Shown piece by piece: positions 10,892 to 20,347 of a DNA stretch of 64,000 nucleotides (the stretch's first letter is position 1; each line of letters begins with the position of its first letter). A program made the position numbers and the translations under genes. The notes under the pieces are model-generated. The model saw only the letters and a program-made list of their open reading frames with translations. It was not told where the DNA came from and did no database searches. Origin of the DNA: Planctomycetota bacterium (lineage in GTDB: Bacteria; Planctomycetota; Planctomycetia; Pirellulales; Pirellulaceae); assembly GCA_016872775.1 (NCBI GenBank), contig VGZA01000026.1, forward strand, positions 11,821 to 75,820. Direction: 5' to 3'.

Positions 10892-10962
10892 CAGGGGCTT
10901 CCAGCCCCTGCAAAGTGAATTGCTGGGGCAAGATGCCCCAGCCACGCCCAAGATGCCCCAGC
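10892..10962. terminator. Two GC-rich hairpins plus a 14-nt direct repeat between convergent genes.
   Basis: CAGGGGCTTCCAGCCCCTG lies at 10892..10910 and GCTGGGGCAAGATGCCCCAGC at 10922..10942. CAAGATGCCCCAGC is repeated at 10929 and 10949. There is no U-tract. Confidence 0.35.
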
Positions 10963-11063
10963 AAGAATCACAGCCCCGTTCCTCTAGCCCTTTCTTCCTC
11001 CGTTTCCTCCGCGGTAGAGGACTCCCCGCGGCAAACGACCTTCGCGGTAAAGCACCGCCGCGG

Positions 11064-11672
11064 TTACCCCATGACGCCGCCGAATTCGCGCAGCATTCTC
11101 GCGAGCAACTCCATGGGCAGTCCGACGACGTTGGAGGGGCTGCCTTCGAGCAGCTTTACCCATTCCAGGCCGTCCTGGAAACCGAACGCGCCGGCTTTGC
11201 CTTCCCAGGCGTTGCTATCGAGGTATTCCTGCAGTTGGGATTCGGAGAGCCCATCCATGCGCAGTCGGCTGACGGCGACGTCGAGTCGCTGGCGGTTATC
11301 GGGGCGTCGCCAGAGACAGATTCCGCTGTAGACATGATGGACGCGGCCGCTCAGCCGTTGCAGCATGCTTTGGGCATGTTCGCGATTCTCGGGCTTGCCC
11401 AGGATCTGCCCCGCGCACTCGGCGACCGTATCGCATCCGATCACAATTCCGGTCGCAATGCTTGGCGCGACATTCGCTGCCTTCTGTAGCGCCAGTCGCG
11501 CGACCAGTTCGGGAGGCGTCTCGCGACTGCATACACCGCATTCGGCCGACGGGTCGGGAGCGATCACTTCGAACGTGTAACCTGCCTCCAGCATCAGTTG
11601 TCGCCGACGGGGCGATTGGCTGGCCAGGATCAGCTTGGGAGGGGGCGCGTCCGCATGCGGCGAGTCGATCAT
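11064..11672 (-). CDS. maf: Maf-like nucleoside triphosphate pyrophosphatase.
   Basis: The 202-aa ORF reads LILASQSPRRRQLMLEAGYTFEVIAPD...GCDTVAE...GKAGAFGFQ, the Maf family signature. Confidence 0.85.
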   Translation of the reverse strand: MIDSPHADAPPPKLILASQSPRRRQLMLEAGYTFEVIAPDPSAECGVCSRETPPELVARLALQKAANVAPSIATGIVIGCDTVAECAGQILGKPENREHAQSMLQRLSGRVHHVYSGICLWRRPDNRQRLDVAVSRLRMDGLSESQLQEYLDSNAWEGKAGAFGFQDGLEWVKLLEGSPSNVVGLPMELLARMLREFGGVMG

Positions 11673-11800
11673 CGTGGTGGTCCTTGTAAGGCGACTCGGA
11701 TTCCGTTCGCGGCTGCCGTAGGATGGATGTTGGGATTCGTGAATCCGTGGGCGTGGCGCGGGCGAAAGCGGTACCAGGTTCGGAGAGGGTGGCGTTCGTC

Positions 11801-12502
11801 ATGGCAATCAACGTGCTGTACGAAGATAATCACTTGCTGGTTGTGAACAAGCCATCGGAGCTGCCGACGATGGGGGCGACTCCCGGCATGCCCAGTTTGC
11901 ATGCGCTGGCCTGCGATTATGTACGCGTGCGGTACGCCAAGCCAGGGAAGGTCTATCTGGGAGTGGTGATGCGTTTGGACGCCGGCACCAGCGGCGTCGT
12001 GGTGTTCGCCCGCACGTCGAAGGCGGCGGCCCGCGTTTCTCAGGCATTGCGCGAGCATCGCTGTGACAAATGGTATTGGGCGGTCCTGGAACGACGTCCC
12101 GCGGAGTCCCAAGCCGTTCTCGAGGATTGGCTGGTGAAAGACGAAGAGGCCCAGCGCATGCGCGTGGTCGCGCCGCGTACTTCCGGGGCAAAACAGGCGC
12201 GATTGCAGTATCGAGTGGTCCGGGAACTGCGGCGCGGGTTTCTGATTGCGGTCGCGCTCGAAACTGGCCGCAAGCACCAGATTCGCGCTCAATTCTCTTA
12301 CCGAGGGTGGCCGCTGCTTGGTGATCGCAAATACGGGGCGCGGCACGATTTTTCGAGCACCGGATTTGCATTGCATGCCGCCATGCTGGGCCTGCAGCAT
12401 CCGGTGAAACAGGAGCCGATGCGGTTCCGGGCCCCCCTGCCCTCGAACTGGATTGCGCGGGGAGTAGGTCCCGACGAGTGGCCGGAGTTTCCCCTGAAGT
12501 AG
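11801..12502 (+). CDS. RluA-family pseudouridine synthase.
   Basis: MAINVLYEDNHLLVVNKP, the catalytic motif VMRLDAGTSGVVVFA and GRKHQIRAQF are present. Confidence 0.85.
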   Translation: MAINVLYEDNHLLVVNKPSELPTMGATPGMPSLHALACDYVRVRYAKPGKVYLGVVMRLDAGTSGVVVFARTSKAAARVSQALREHRCDKWYWAVLERRPAESQAVLEDWLVKDEEAQRMRVVAPRTSGAKQARLQYRVVRELRRGFLIAVALETGRKHQIRAQFSYRGWPLLGDRKYGARHDFSSTGFALHAAMLGLQHPVKQEPMRFRAPLPSNWIARGVGPDEWPEFPLK

Positions 12503-12564
12503 GCGGTTGTTTTTGCCGGCCTTAGGACAGCTCGGCCGGCGAAAATCCCGGGCGGCGAAGCCGA

Positions 12565-13599
12565 TCAGTGGTCCGAGACGTGGTGGGTATCCTGTTCGGT
12601 TTCCCGTCCGGTGCCAACGTTCACGCTGGCATGGCATTTCAACCTGGTCTCGCCATGCAGATTGGTCGTGATCTCGAGAGTGGTTGCAATCTTGCGAATG
12701 TCTTTGGTGGCCTGGAAAGTCACCGGGATCACATGGACTTTGCTCGCCTTGTCGGGGATCTGAAAGGCGAATCCCGCTTCGTCGCAGTCGATGTTCTTGA
12801 TCTTGAATGGTTGCTTCCCTTTGACCACCAGTTTACCGGTGGCCGTGCCGTCCGGCGCGACCTCTCCGAGGAAGAACGGTGAGGGGCTTACCGACAGTGC
12901 GGGCGCGATGCGCCCCGTTACCGCCAGGGGAATCTTCTCCATTTTTGCGTCATCGGTCACGATCAGCAGTCGATCGCGCAAGTTGCCTTCCGGTGCGTCG
13001 GGTTTGAGTTCGACGAGCATATCGTAGACCACGCGTCCGCCCGCGCGTTGCACCTCTTTCAATTCGACTTCGAAATGGGAGTTCGAACTCTGGACATCGC
13101 GAATCTGCCAGTCGCCGCGTCCCGCGTAGGTTACTTGGACTTTTTTGCTTGCGGTGGTGCCCAGGTCGACCGCGCCGAAGTCAATTTCACCCGGGCTGAA
13201 CACCACGTCGCTGCGGATATAGCCGCGAATCTGCAACTGCACCTGCGCGTAGAACGGTTTGTCGATGGTGACGGTGAGCGTGGCGCTGCGCTGGCCCAGG
13301 AAGGTTCGTGTATTGAACACCGCCAGAATCGAGCTCTTTTCCCAGGTCTTCAAGTCGTGCTTGGTCACGGTGGGGGTTGTGCACCCGCAACTGGTCTGCA
13401 CGCCGACAATATGCAAGTCTTCTTCGTACAGGTTTTCCAGTTCAAACGCGAATTCCTGACGCGATCCTTTCGCGACGGAACCGAAGTCATGCTCACTGAC
13501 CTTGAACATCTTGCGTGCCCATTCCTGCGCCGCAAGCGGAGGCGGGGTCAGCCAGGCGAGGACGATCAGAGGAGCCAGTAACAATTTTCGCGCTGTCAC
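12565..13599 (-). CDS. DUF1573 domain-containing secreted protein.
   Basis: Signal peptide plus HDFGSVAKGSRQEFAFELENLYEEDLHIVGVQTSCGCT, the DUF1573 hallmark common in Planctomycetota. Confidence 0.75.
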   Translation of the reverse strand: MTARKLLLAPLIVLAWLTPPPLAAQEWARKMFKVSEHDFGSVAKGSRQEFAFELENLYEEDLHIVGVQTSCGCTTPTVTKHDLKTWEKSSILAVFNTRTFLGQRSATLTVTIDKPFYAQVQLQIRGYIRSDVVFSPGEIDFGAVDLGTTASKKVQVTYAGRGDWQIRDVQSSNSHFEVELKEVQRAGGRVVYDMLVELKPDAPEGNLRDRLLIVTDDAKMEKIPLAVTGRIAPALSVSPSPFFLGEVAPDGTATGKLVVKGKQPFKIKNIDCDEAGFAFQIPDKASKVHVIPVTFQATKDIRKIATTLEITTNLHGETRLKCHASVNVGTGRETEQDTHHVSDH

Positions 13600-13948
13600 G
13601 GAGCCAGTTCCTTATCGATCGGTTCAGCAAGATATCATGACCACCGACCGCTTGGAGAATCGGCGGACACGCTCAAGCCCACGTCATTATCGGTTGATTC
13701 GGCGAAATTTGCGCAGAACATCGCCTGAATGAATACTCAAAGTGTAATTTCGGATAAGCTGGGGGGGACAAACAAGGATTTCCGACGGAAAAAACAGTTT
13801 TCCTGGCCCAGGATTGGCCGAGCTTCTCCCGAAATCGGTTTTCCCGGATCGGCGGTTCGGCTACGATGGATGCCAATCTGGTCGGCTGACGCTGGCCCCG
13901 CCCGGGTGCTCGCGGACGCCGATCGATCGCAAACTTCGGAGCCAACGC

Positions 13949-16228
13949 ATGATCCTACCGTTCTTTACGCCGCGACCTGCGACGCATGGCGACCTGTTTT
14001 GCCGTCGCTGCCGGTTGTTTCCTGGATTGATCCTGGTTTTTCTGTTCGCTGCCGGTGGTTTCGACGGCAATCTGAGGGCATCGGCGGTTGGCCAGGAAAC
14101 AACGGCGGCGGGTGACGACGACGAGCCGGCGGCCCCCAAGCGTCGGCCAGGGAGCCAGACAAAGCAGGGTGCCGAGCAGGGTGCCGAGCAGGGTGCCGAG
14201 CAGGGTGCCGAGCAGGGTGCCGACGGGCAGCGGCGTGCGCTCCCTCGACGGCGTGCCGTCGAAGATTTCCCTCGCGATTTGCAGTGGATGAACACCCAGG
14301 GCCCGCTGCGGAAGCAGGACCTCAAAGGCAAATTCGTGTTGCTCGACTTTTGGACCTATTGCTGCATCAACTGCATGCATATTCTCCCCGAGCTGAAAAA
14401 ACTCGAACAGGCATTTCCCAATGAGTTAGTCGTGATCGGGGTGCATTCGGCCAAATTTGATGGCGAAAAAGATTCGCAGAACATTTCGGACGCGATCTTG
14501 CGCTATGAAATCGAGCACCCCGTGGTCAACGATTCGGAACGGGAAATTTGGAACAATTTCGCCGTTCAGAGCTGGCCGACGATCGTGCTGCTCGATCCGG
14601 AAGGCTATGAACTGGGGCGGCACAGCGGCGAGTTTCGTTTCGAGATGCTGGCTCCGGTGTTCAAGGAGTACATTCCGATTTATCGCGAGCATGGCCTGCT
14701 GGATCTTACGCCGATCCGCTTTGACCTGCTGGCGCATCGACAGGAACCGACCCCGTTGCGTTACCCGGGAAAAGTGTTGACGGACGATGCCGGCAAGCGT
14801 GTTTTCATCGCCGACAGCAACCACAATCGGATTGTCGTTGCCGGATACGATGGTGCCTTGCAGGCGATTATTGGTTCCGGTGAACTGGGGAGCAACGATG
14901 GCTCTTTCGAATCGGCGACATTTCATCACCCGCAGGGGATGGCGCTGCACGGTTCGCAGTTGTATATCGCGGATACGGAGAACCATTTGATTCGCCGCGC
15001 CGATCTGAACCAGCGTACGGTGGTTCGCGTGGCAGGGATCGGTGAACAGGCGACGAGTGCCTGGCCGGGGATGGACCGCTATCAGGAAACGGGAGAGATT
15101 CCCAGTCGATGGGTGGGGCCGCCCTTAAAGACAGCGCTGAACAGTCCCTGGGACCTTTGGGCGCACGACGATGCGCTTTGGATCGCGATGGCGGGGCCCC
15201 ATCAGATCTGGCGCATGCCGCTGAACGGGGACGAAATTGGTCCTTTTGCCGGCAACGGCCGCGAGGATATTGTGGACGGCAGGCTGCTCCCGAAGCGTCC
15301 CTACGAACTGGGATATTCTTCGTTTGCGCAGCCGAGCGGCCTCACGTCCGATGGCAAGCGGCTGTTCGTCGCCGACAGCGAGGGAAGTTCGATTCGCGCG
15401 GTCCCGTTTGACGTTCGAGAGCGGGTGGAGACGGTGGTTGGCACGGCGCATCTGCCGGCGGGACGACTGTTTCATTTCGGGGACGTCGATGGTCCCGCCG
15501 AGGAAGCTCAGCTGCAGCACGCCTTGGGGGTCGCCTACTCCCGCGGAAAGATCTACGTGGCCGACACATACAACAACAAGATCCGTGTCGTCGACGCGAA
15601 GACCGGCACCACTTCGACGCTTGCGGGAACCGGTAAACCGGGCGGCAGCGACGATGAAGGTACGTTTGACGAGCCGGCGGGGATTGCGGTCGGTGAGGGG
15701 ATCGTCTGGGTGGCCGATACGAACAATCACCGTATTCGCAAGGTCGACCCGTCCACGGGCGAGGTCCGTTCGTTCGAGATCCCGGGGCTGACGCCCCCGG
15801 AACGAAAAGCGGTACGGCGCGAGCCCGATTTTTCGGATGCGAAGCGCATTGCCGCGGCAGCGGTGCGCCTCAAGCCGATCGACGGCCGAATCACGTTGCA
15901 GGTGCAACTGGTTTTGCCGCTCGGCTGGAAACTCAACCCGCGCGCAAGGATGGCGTATCATCTCATGGTCGACGGCGAGCAAGGCCCCTTGCAGCGAAGC
16001 GCGATGGGCGAAAAGGAACTGGATCGCCCACGCCAGGAATTTGAGGTTACGCTCCCGGTCGATGCGGCGGGAACCGATACGTTGCAAGTCGGATTTCATT
16101 TCTACTACTGCGAGGAAAACGATCAGGGGTTGTGCAAAGTCGGCAGCGTCCTGTTCACCCAGCCGATCACGGTGGCGGACGACGGCCAGGAACAGGCCAA
16201 AATCACCCATAGCGTCTCCCTGGAGTGA
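13949..16228 (+). CDS. Thioredoxin-like (redoxin/TlpA-type) plus NHL-repeat β-propeller protein (NHLRC2-like architecture).
   Basis: An N-terminal TM/signal segment (MILPFF...LILVFLFAAGG) is followed by the redoxin domain LKGKFVLLDFWTYCCINCMH...WPTIVLLDPEG. NHL repeats follow (ADSNHNRIVV, YVADTYNNKIRVVD, VWVADTNNHRIRKVD). Start chosen at the internal ATG at 13949. Confidence 0.8.
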   Translation: MILPFFTPRPATHGDLFCRRCRLFPGLILVFLFAAGGFDGNLRASAVGQETTAAGDDDEPAAPKRRPGSQTKQGAEQGAEQGAEQGAEQGADGQRRALPRRRAVEDFPRDLQWMNTQGPLRKQDLKGKFVLLDFWTYCCINCMHILPELKKLEQAFPNELVVIGVHSAKFDGEKDSQNISDAILRYEIEHPVVNDSEREIWNNFAVQSWPTIVLLDPEGYELGRHSGEFRFEMLAPVFKEYIPIYREHGLLDLTPIRFDLLAHRQEPTPLRYPGKVLTDDAGKRVFIADSNHNRIVVAGYDGALQAIIGSGELGSNDGSFESATFHHPQGMALHGSQLYIADTENHLIRRADLNQRTVVRVAGIGEQATSAWPGMDRYQETGEIPSRWVGPPLKTALNSPWDLWAHDDALWIAMAGPHQIWRMPLNGDEIGPFAGNGREDIVDGRLLPKRPYELGYSSFAQPSGLTSDGKRLFVADSEGSSIRAVPFDVRERVETVVGTAHLPAGRLFHFGDVDGPAEEAQLQHALGVAYSRGKIYVADTYNNKIRVVDAKTGTTSTLAGTGKPGGSDDEGTFDEPAGIAVGEGIVWVADTNNHRIRKVDPSTGEVRSFEIPGLTPPERKAVRREPDFSDAKRIAAAAVRLKPIDGRITLQVQLVLPLGWKLNPRARMAYHLMVDGEQGPLQRSAMGEKELDRPRQEFEVTLPVDAAGTDTLQVGFHFYYCEENDQGLCKVGSVLFTQPITVADDGQEQAKITHSVSLE
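14165..14224 (+). repeat. Perfect 12-nt tandem repeat (CAGGGTGCCGAG)×4 plus one 1-mismatch unit, encoding (GAEQ)n inside the Trx-NHL gene.
   Basis: The units are read directly at 14165, 14177, 14189 and 14201 (+14213). The protein reads KQGAEQGAEQGAEQGAEQGAD. Confidence 0.85.
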
Positions 16229-16443
16229 CGGTAATGGGTTGATTGGCGCGGTGGGGCGCGATCTTCGGCGGCCCGTTGCCTCCCGATGCGGCGACCCGAT
16301 GCGGGAGAGTGGGCAGAGTGGGCTCGCCGTTTACAGAAGGCCCAGGTTTTCGCTAAGATAGCGGGCTTCGAGAATCCCAGGCTCCCCTGTCAGGGGGAGC
16401 CGGCGCGGAAACCACGCTCAAATCCTGTGCACTGAATGCCTTT

Positions 16444-17952
16444 ATGTTCGAGTCGCTTCAAGATGGAATTCGGTCAGCCCTGAAGACATTGCAGGGCAAG
16501 GGGAAGTTGACCGAATCCAACATGCGGGATGGTTTGGCTCTGGTGGAGCGATCGTTGCTCGAGGCGGACGTAAGCTATTCCGTCGTGAAGGACTTCATGG
16601 CGGCGGTGACCGAGAAAGCGCTTGGTGAAAAAGTCCTGCTTTCGCTCGATCCTTCCCAACAGATCGTCGGGATCGTGCGCGACGAGTTGTTGCAGATCCT
16701 GGGCCCGGTCGACGCGAGCCTGCACCTGAACCGGGATGTGAACGTATTGATGTTGTGCGGCCTGCAGGGGTCGGGTAAGACGACAACCTGCGGCAAACTG
16801 GCGCGACTGATCCAGCAACATGGCCGCCAGTGTTTATTAGTCGCGGCCGACCTTCAGCGCCCGGCGGCGGTCGAGCAGTTGTTTGTGATCGGTCGGCAGC
16901 TCGGCTTGCCAACCTATTCCGATCCCCGCGCTTTGGACGCTTCGGTCGACCGTTCGAAATTGGATCCGGTGCAGGTCTGCCAGGACGGCGTCAAAATGGC
17001 CCATGCGCAGCAGATCCCGGTGGTCATTCTCGACACGGCTGGCCGCTTGGCGATCGACCAGGAATTGATGCAGCAGCTGGTGCGCGTCGAGCAGCGGGTC
17101 AAGCCCGATCACGTCTATCTGGTTGTCGACGGAATGACCGGTCAAGACGCCGTGAACAGTGCCAAGGCGTTTAACGACGCGCTGGAACTGGACGGCGTGA
17201 TCATGACCAAACTGGACGGCGACGCGCGCGGCGGGGCGTTGCTTTCGGTGAAGCATGTCACCGGAGTACCGATCAAGTTCATCGGTACGGGCGAGCATCT
17301 CGAGGCGTTGGAACCGTTCCGGGCGGAGGGAATGGTCTCGCGCATTCTGGGAATGGGCGACATCATTGGATTGGTGGATGCGGCCCGCCAGGTGGTCGAC
17401 GAGAAGCAGCAGCAGGAGATCGAAGCCCGACTGCGGGCCGGACAGTTTACGCTGGACGATTTTCGCTCGCAGTTGATGACGGTGGCCAAACCGGGCCTGA
17501 TCGCCAAAATGATGGATCTCATGCCCGGGGTCGCTTCGTTGAAAGAAATGATGGCGGGTACTGACGCGGAAAAGGACGTCAAACGGTTGATCGGGATCAT
17601 CGATTCGATGACTCCGCAGGAACGCCGCAATCCCAACCTGATCGATCCGTCGCGGCGAAACCGGATCGCGAAGGGTGCCGGGGCTCAGGGGTCGGAAGTC
17701 ACGCTGCTGCTGAAGCAGTACGACATGACGCGCGGGGTCATGGCGTCGATGGCTGGCGAAGGCATGCTGGGGCGGCTGAAGAAGCTGCGGGAACTGCAGA
17801 CGAGCGGTTTGCTCGACCCCGGGGCAAAGCTGGTCCGGGAGAAACAGGGGACCGGCAAGCGGCTTACGTCGAAGGAAAAGGCCGAATTACGGAAAAAACG
17901 CGAGAAAGACCTGCGTCGACGCCGCCGGGAGGACCGGGGCCCAGGCGGCTGA
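16444..17952 (+). CDS. ffh: Signal recognition particle protein Ffh.
   Basis: NG-domain GTPase motifs (LCGLQGSGKTTTCGKLA, DTAGR, TKLDGDARGGALLS) are followed by an M-domain and a basic tail. Confidence 0.95.
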   Translation: MFESLQDGIRSALKTLQGKGKLTESNMRDGLALVERSLLEADVSYSVVKDFMAAVTEKALGEKVLLSLDPSQQIVGIVRDELLQILGPVDASLHLNRDVNVLMLCGLQGSGKTTTCGKLARLIQQHGRQCLLVAADLQRPAAVEQLFVIGRQLGLPTYSDPRALDASVDRSKLDPVQVCQDGVKMAHAQQIPVVILDTAGRLAIDQELMQQLVRVEQRVKPDHVYLVVDGMTGQDAVNSAKAFNDALELDGVIMTKLDGDARGGALLSVKHVTGVPIKFIGTGEHLEALEPFRAEGMVSRILGMGDIIGLVDAARQVVDEKQQQEIEARLRAGQFTLDDFRSQLMTVAKPGLIAKMMDLMPGVASLKEMMAGTDAEKDVKRLIGIIDSMTPQERRNPNLIDPSRRNRIAKGAGAQGSEVTLLLKQYDMTRGVMASMAGEGMLGRLKKLRELQTSGLLDPGAKLVREKQGTGKRLTSKEKAELRKKREKDLRRRRREDRGPGG

Positions 17953-18049
17953 CCCCTTTCCGCTGCCCGCATGGTACGCTCGGCTCAAGTTGGCTATCAT
18001 GAGCCATTACCGTTTTGGTTGAATCATTGAAGTTAGGGAGGAAGGTTCG

Positions 18050-18448
18050 GTGGCAGTTCGAATTCGTATGAAACGCCTCGGTCGAAAGCACCGGCCGTTT
18101 TATCGCGTCTGCGCAATCGATTCTCGGCGCGGACGGGATGGGCGGGTGATCGAAGAACTGGGTCATTACGACCCGCTGGTTCCCGAGGTCGATGCGCGAG
18201 CGATCTTGAATGGTGAGCGGATCGCGTATTGGATGGGCGTTGGGGCTCTGCCAAGTGACCGGGTGCGAGTGCTTGTGAAGAAATATGGAAAGAACGGCAC
18301 GCACGCCCAGGCACAGCAGCACGCGCTGCAGCGTTTATCGGCGAACAAGCCCAAAGCGCCGCCGCCGCAAAAAGTGCCGATGCCGGTAAAGGAAGTGGCG
18401 GTTCCGCAGACGGAAGACGGCGCCCCTGCGGAAGCCGCCAGCGGTTGA
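18050..18448 (+). CDS. rpsP: 30S ribosomal protein S16.
   Basis: MAVRIRMKRLGRKHRPFYRVCAIDSRRGRDGRVIEELGHYDP matches the S16 family. Confidence 0.95.
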   Translation: MAVRIRMKRLGRKHRPFYRVCAIDSRRGRDGRVIEELGHYDPLVPEVDARAILNGERIAYWMGVGALPSDRVRVLVKKYGKNGTHAQAQQHALQRLSANKPKAPPPQKVPMPVKEVAVPQTEDGAPAEAASG

Positions 18449-18535
18449 CCTCCCCTTACGAAATAACTGCCGAAATAACGGGCGAAATATCCGCCAGAAA
18501 TGAAGTCAGGCGGACCGACAGCGGGATGCGATGGC

Positions 18536-19282
18536 ATGCGCTTCGATATTGTGACGTTGTTTCCGGAGATTTTTTCGGGATTCGTCGGCGAGAGTTTACT
18601 GAGAAAAGCGATCGACAAACGACGGTTGGAAGTCGTCACACACGATCTGCGGAACTGGTCAAAGGACAAGCACCAGAAGGTGGACGACCGGCCCTATGGA
18701 GGCGGACCCGGAATGGTGATCAAAGTGGAACCGGTCGTGGAGTGCATTGAGGAGATACGACGGCTTCACGCGGAACCGGGCGAGTTGATTCTGCTGACCC
18801 CCCAGGGCGAACGGCTCACGCAGCCGCTCGTCGAACAGCTGGCGGAATTTCCTCGACTGATTCTGCTCTGCGGACGATATGAAGGCTTTGATCAGCGCGT
18901 CGTCGATTTGCTTCAACCGCGGGAATTGTCGATCGGCGATTATGTGCTCAACGGAGGGGAAGTGGCGGCGATGGTGGTCATCGACACGGTGATGCGGCTG
19001 ATTCCCGGGGTGCTGGGAGACGAACAGAGTGCCCGAAGCGATTCGTTTTCCCAGGAAAACCGTGGTTTGGAGGCGGCCCAATACACGCGGCCTCGCAGTT
19101 ATCGAGGTTGCGATGTGCCCGAAGTATTGCTCAGCGGAGACCATGCCGAGATCGACGCCTGGAGGCAATCGCAAAGTTATCATAAAACATTGAGCCGACG
19201 AGCGGACCTGGTTGGTTCCGAGGGCGATTCGCCGCGGCGACCTGAAACGAACGAAGGAGAGAAGCGTGAGCCAGTTAATTGA
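18536..19282 (+). CDS. trmD: tRNA (guanine37-N1)-methyltransferase TrmD.
   Basis: MRFDIVTLFPEIF...DRPYGGGPGMV...LCGRYEGFDQRV are TrmD motifs. The rimM gene usually found between rpsP and trmD is absent. Confidence 0.9.
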   Translation: MRFDIVTLFPEIFSGFVGESLLRKAIDKRRLEVVTHDLRNWSKDKHQKVDDRPYGGGPGMVIKVEPVVECIEEIRRLHAEPGELILLTPQGERLTQPLVEQLAEFPRLILLCGRYEGFDQRVVDLLQPRELSIGDYVLNGGEVAAMVVIDTVMRLIPGVLGDEQSARSDSFSQENRGLEAAQYTRPRSYRGCDVPEVLLSGDHAEIDAWRQSQSYHKTLSRRADLVGSEGDSPRRPETNEGEKREPVN

Positions 19283-19625
19283 TAAAGTTGAAGCAGCCAA
19301 CCTGAAGTCCGATCTGCCGTCGTTTGCGATCGGCGACACCGTGGATGTGCATACCCGGATTCTGGAAGGCGACAAGGAACGCACACAGATTTTCAGCGGC
19401 ACGGTGATCGCACGAGCCGGCCGCGGAACCCGCACCATGTTTACGGTGCGGCGGATCGTCGCTGGAGAAGGTGTGGAACGCAAATTTCCCCTGCATTCGC
19501 CGCGGATCGCTCGCATCGAAGTGAAGCGATCAGGCATCGTGCGGAGAGCGAAATTGTATTACCTGCGCGATCGCGTCGGCAAATCGGTTCGGCTTCGCGA
19601 GCGTCGCGCTGCGGCGGCCGACTAG
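19266..19625 (+). CDS. rplS: 50S ribosomal protein L19 (GTG start).
   Basis: V/MSQLIDKVEAANLKSDLPSFAIGDTVDVHTRILEGDKERTQIFSGTVIA...FTVRRI matches L19. The GTG follows GGAGAG by 6 nt and overlaps the trmD end. Confidence 0.85.
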   Translation: MSQLIDKVEAANLKSDLPSFAIGDTVDVHTRILEGDKERTQIFSGTVIARAGRGTRTMFTVRRIVAGEGVERKFPLHSPRIARIEVKRSGIVRRAKLYYLRDRVGKSVRLRERRAAAAD

Positions 19626-19654
19626 TACTCTGCCAACTCTTCGACTTGGGGTAC

Positions 19655-19710
19655 GACGGACTTCCCGTCCGTCGCAACACACGTCTCGCCACGGACTTGG
19701 AAGTCCGTGG
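19655..19710 (+). terminator. Two tandem hairpins 3' of rplS (GACGGAC-TTCCC-GTCCGTC and CCACGGACTT-GG-AAGTCCGTGG).
   Basis: Inverted repeats are read at 19655..19673 and 19689..19710. No U-tract follows. The first stem sequence recurs at 35851..35869. Confidence 0.4.
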
Positions 19711-19959
19711 CACGGAGTGCCAACCCCAAGACTTGGCTGTTTGCCGCTCGCTTGCCGCCAATTTACTTGTCGTCCGTCGACGCCGGCTACGGTTGCCGGG
19801 GACGGATTGCAGGTGCAAGACATTCTGCGCGCGAGGCATGCGTTGGGTATTCTTGCGTCGATTCGAAAATATCGTGGTCGCCTGCGGGAGTACGTAACGG
19901 GCATTTGTCGAGCCTTGCGGGGGTCGTCTGGCGAAGCTGGCGACGCTGAAAAGCCCAAC

Positions 19960-20331
19960 ATGGGAACCATCGGCGAGCAGCTTGCGGAGCGATATCTGCG
20001 GAAGCTTGGCTACCAGATTGTCGAGCGTTCCAATCAGAGCCGCGCGGGGGAAATCGACCTCATTGCGATCGATCGGCGGACCGTCGTATTTGTCGAAGTG
20101 AAAACACGGCGCTCGCACGAGCGAGGGCATCCGGCGGACGCGGTCGATCGGGACAAACAACGTCGCCTGGTGCGACTTGCCCTCGCCTGGCTCAAGCGCC
20201 AGCGACTGTTGGACGCTCGAGTTCGTTTTGACGTCATCGCGATCACGATGGCAGACGCCGCATCGTCGGCCGACGTGCGGCATTACCAAAGTGCGTTTGA
20301 ATCCGATCTGCGGTGGCAATTTTTCGCTTGA
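19960..20331 (+). CDS. YraN-family (UPF0102) endonuclease-like protein.
   Basis: MGTIGEQLAERYLRKLGYQIVERSNQSRAGEIDLIAIDRRTVVFVEVKTRRS matches the YraN family. Confidence 0.75.
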   Translation: MGTIGEQLAERYLRKLGYQIVERSNQSRAGEIDLIAIDRRTVVFVEVKTRRSHERGHPADAVDRDKQRRLVRLALAWLKRQRLLDARVRFDVIAITMADAASSADVRHYQSAFESDLRWQFFA

Positions 20332-20347
20332 CCGCGGGGAACGGTGG

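Noticed and set aside
13673-13945. 90-aa minus ORF in the divergent promoter region between the DUF1573 and Trx-NHL genes.
   Set aside because: It has no RBS or homology and lies where two promoters are expected.
16229-16443. Checked the gap upstream of ffh for SRP RNA (ffs).
   Set aside because: The conserved domain-IV motif (…AGGUCCGGAAGGAAGCAGC…) is absent. Only a GCTCCCC-TGTCA-GGGGAGC hairpin is present.
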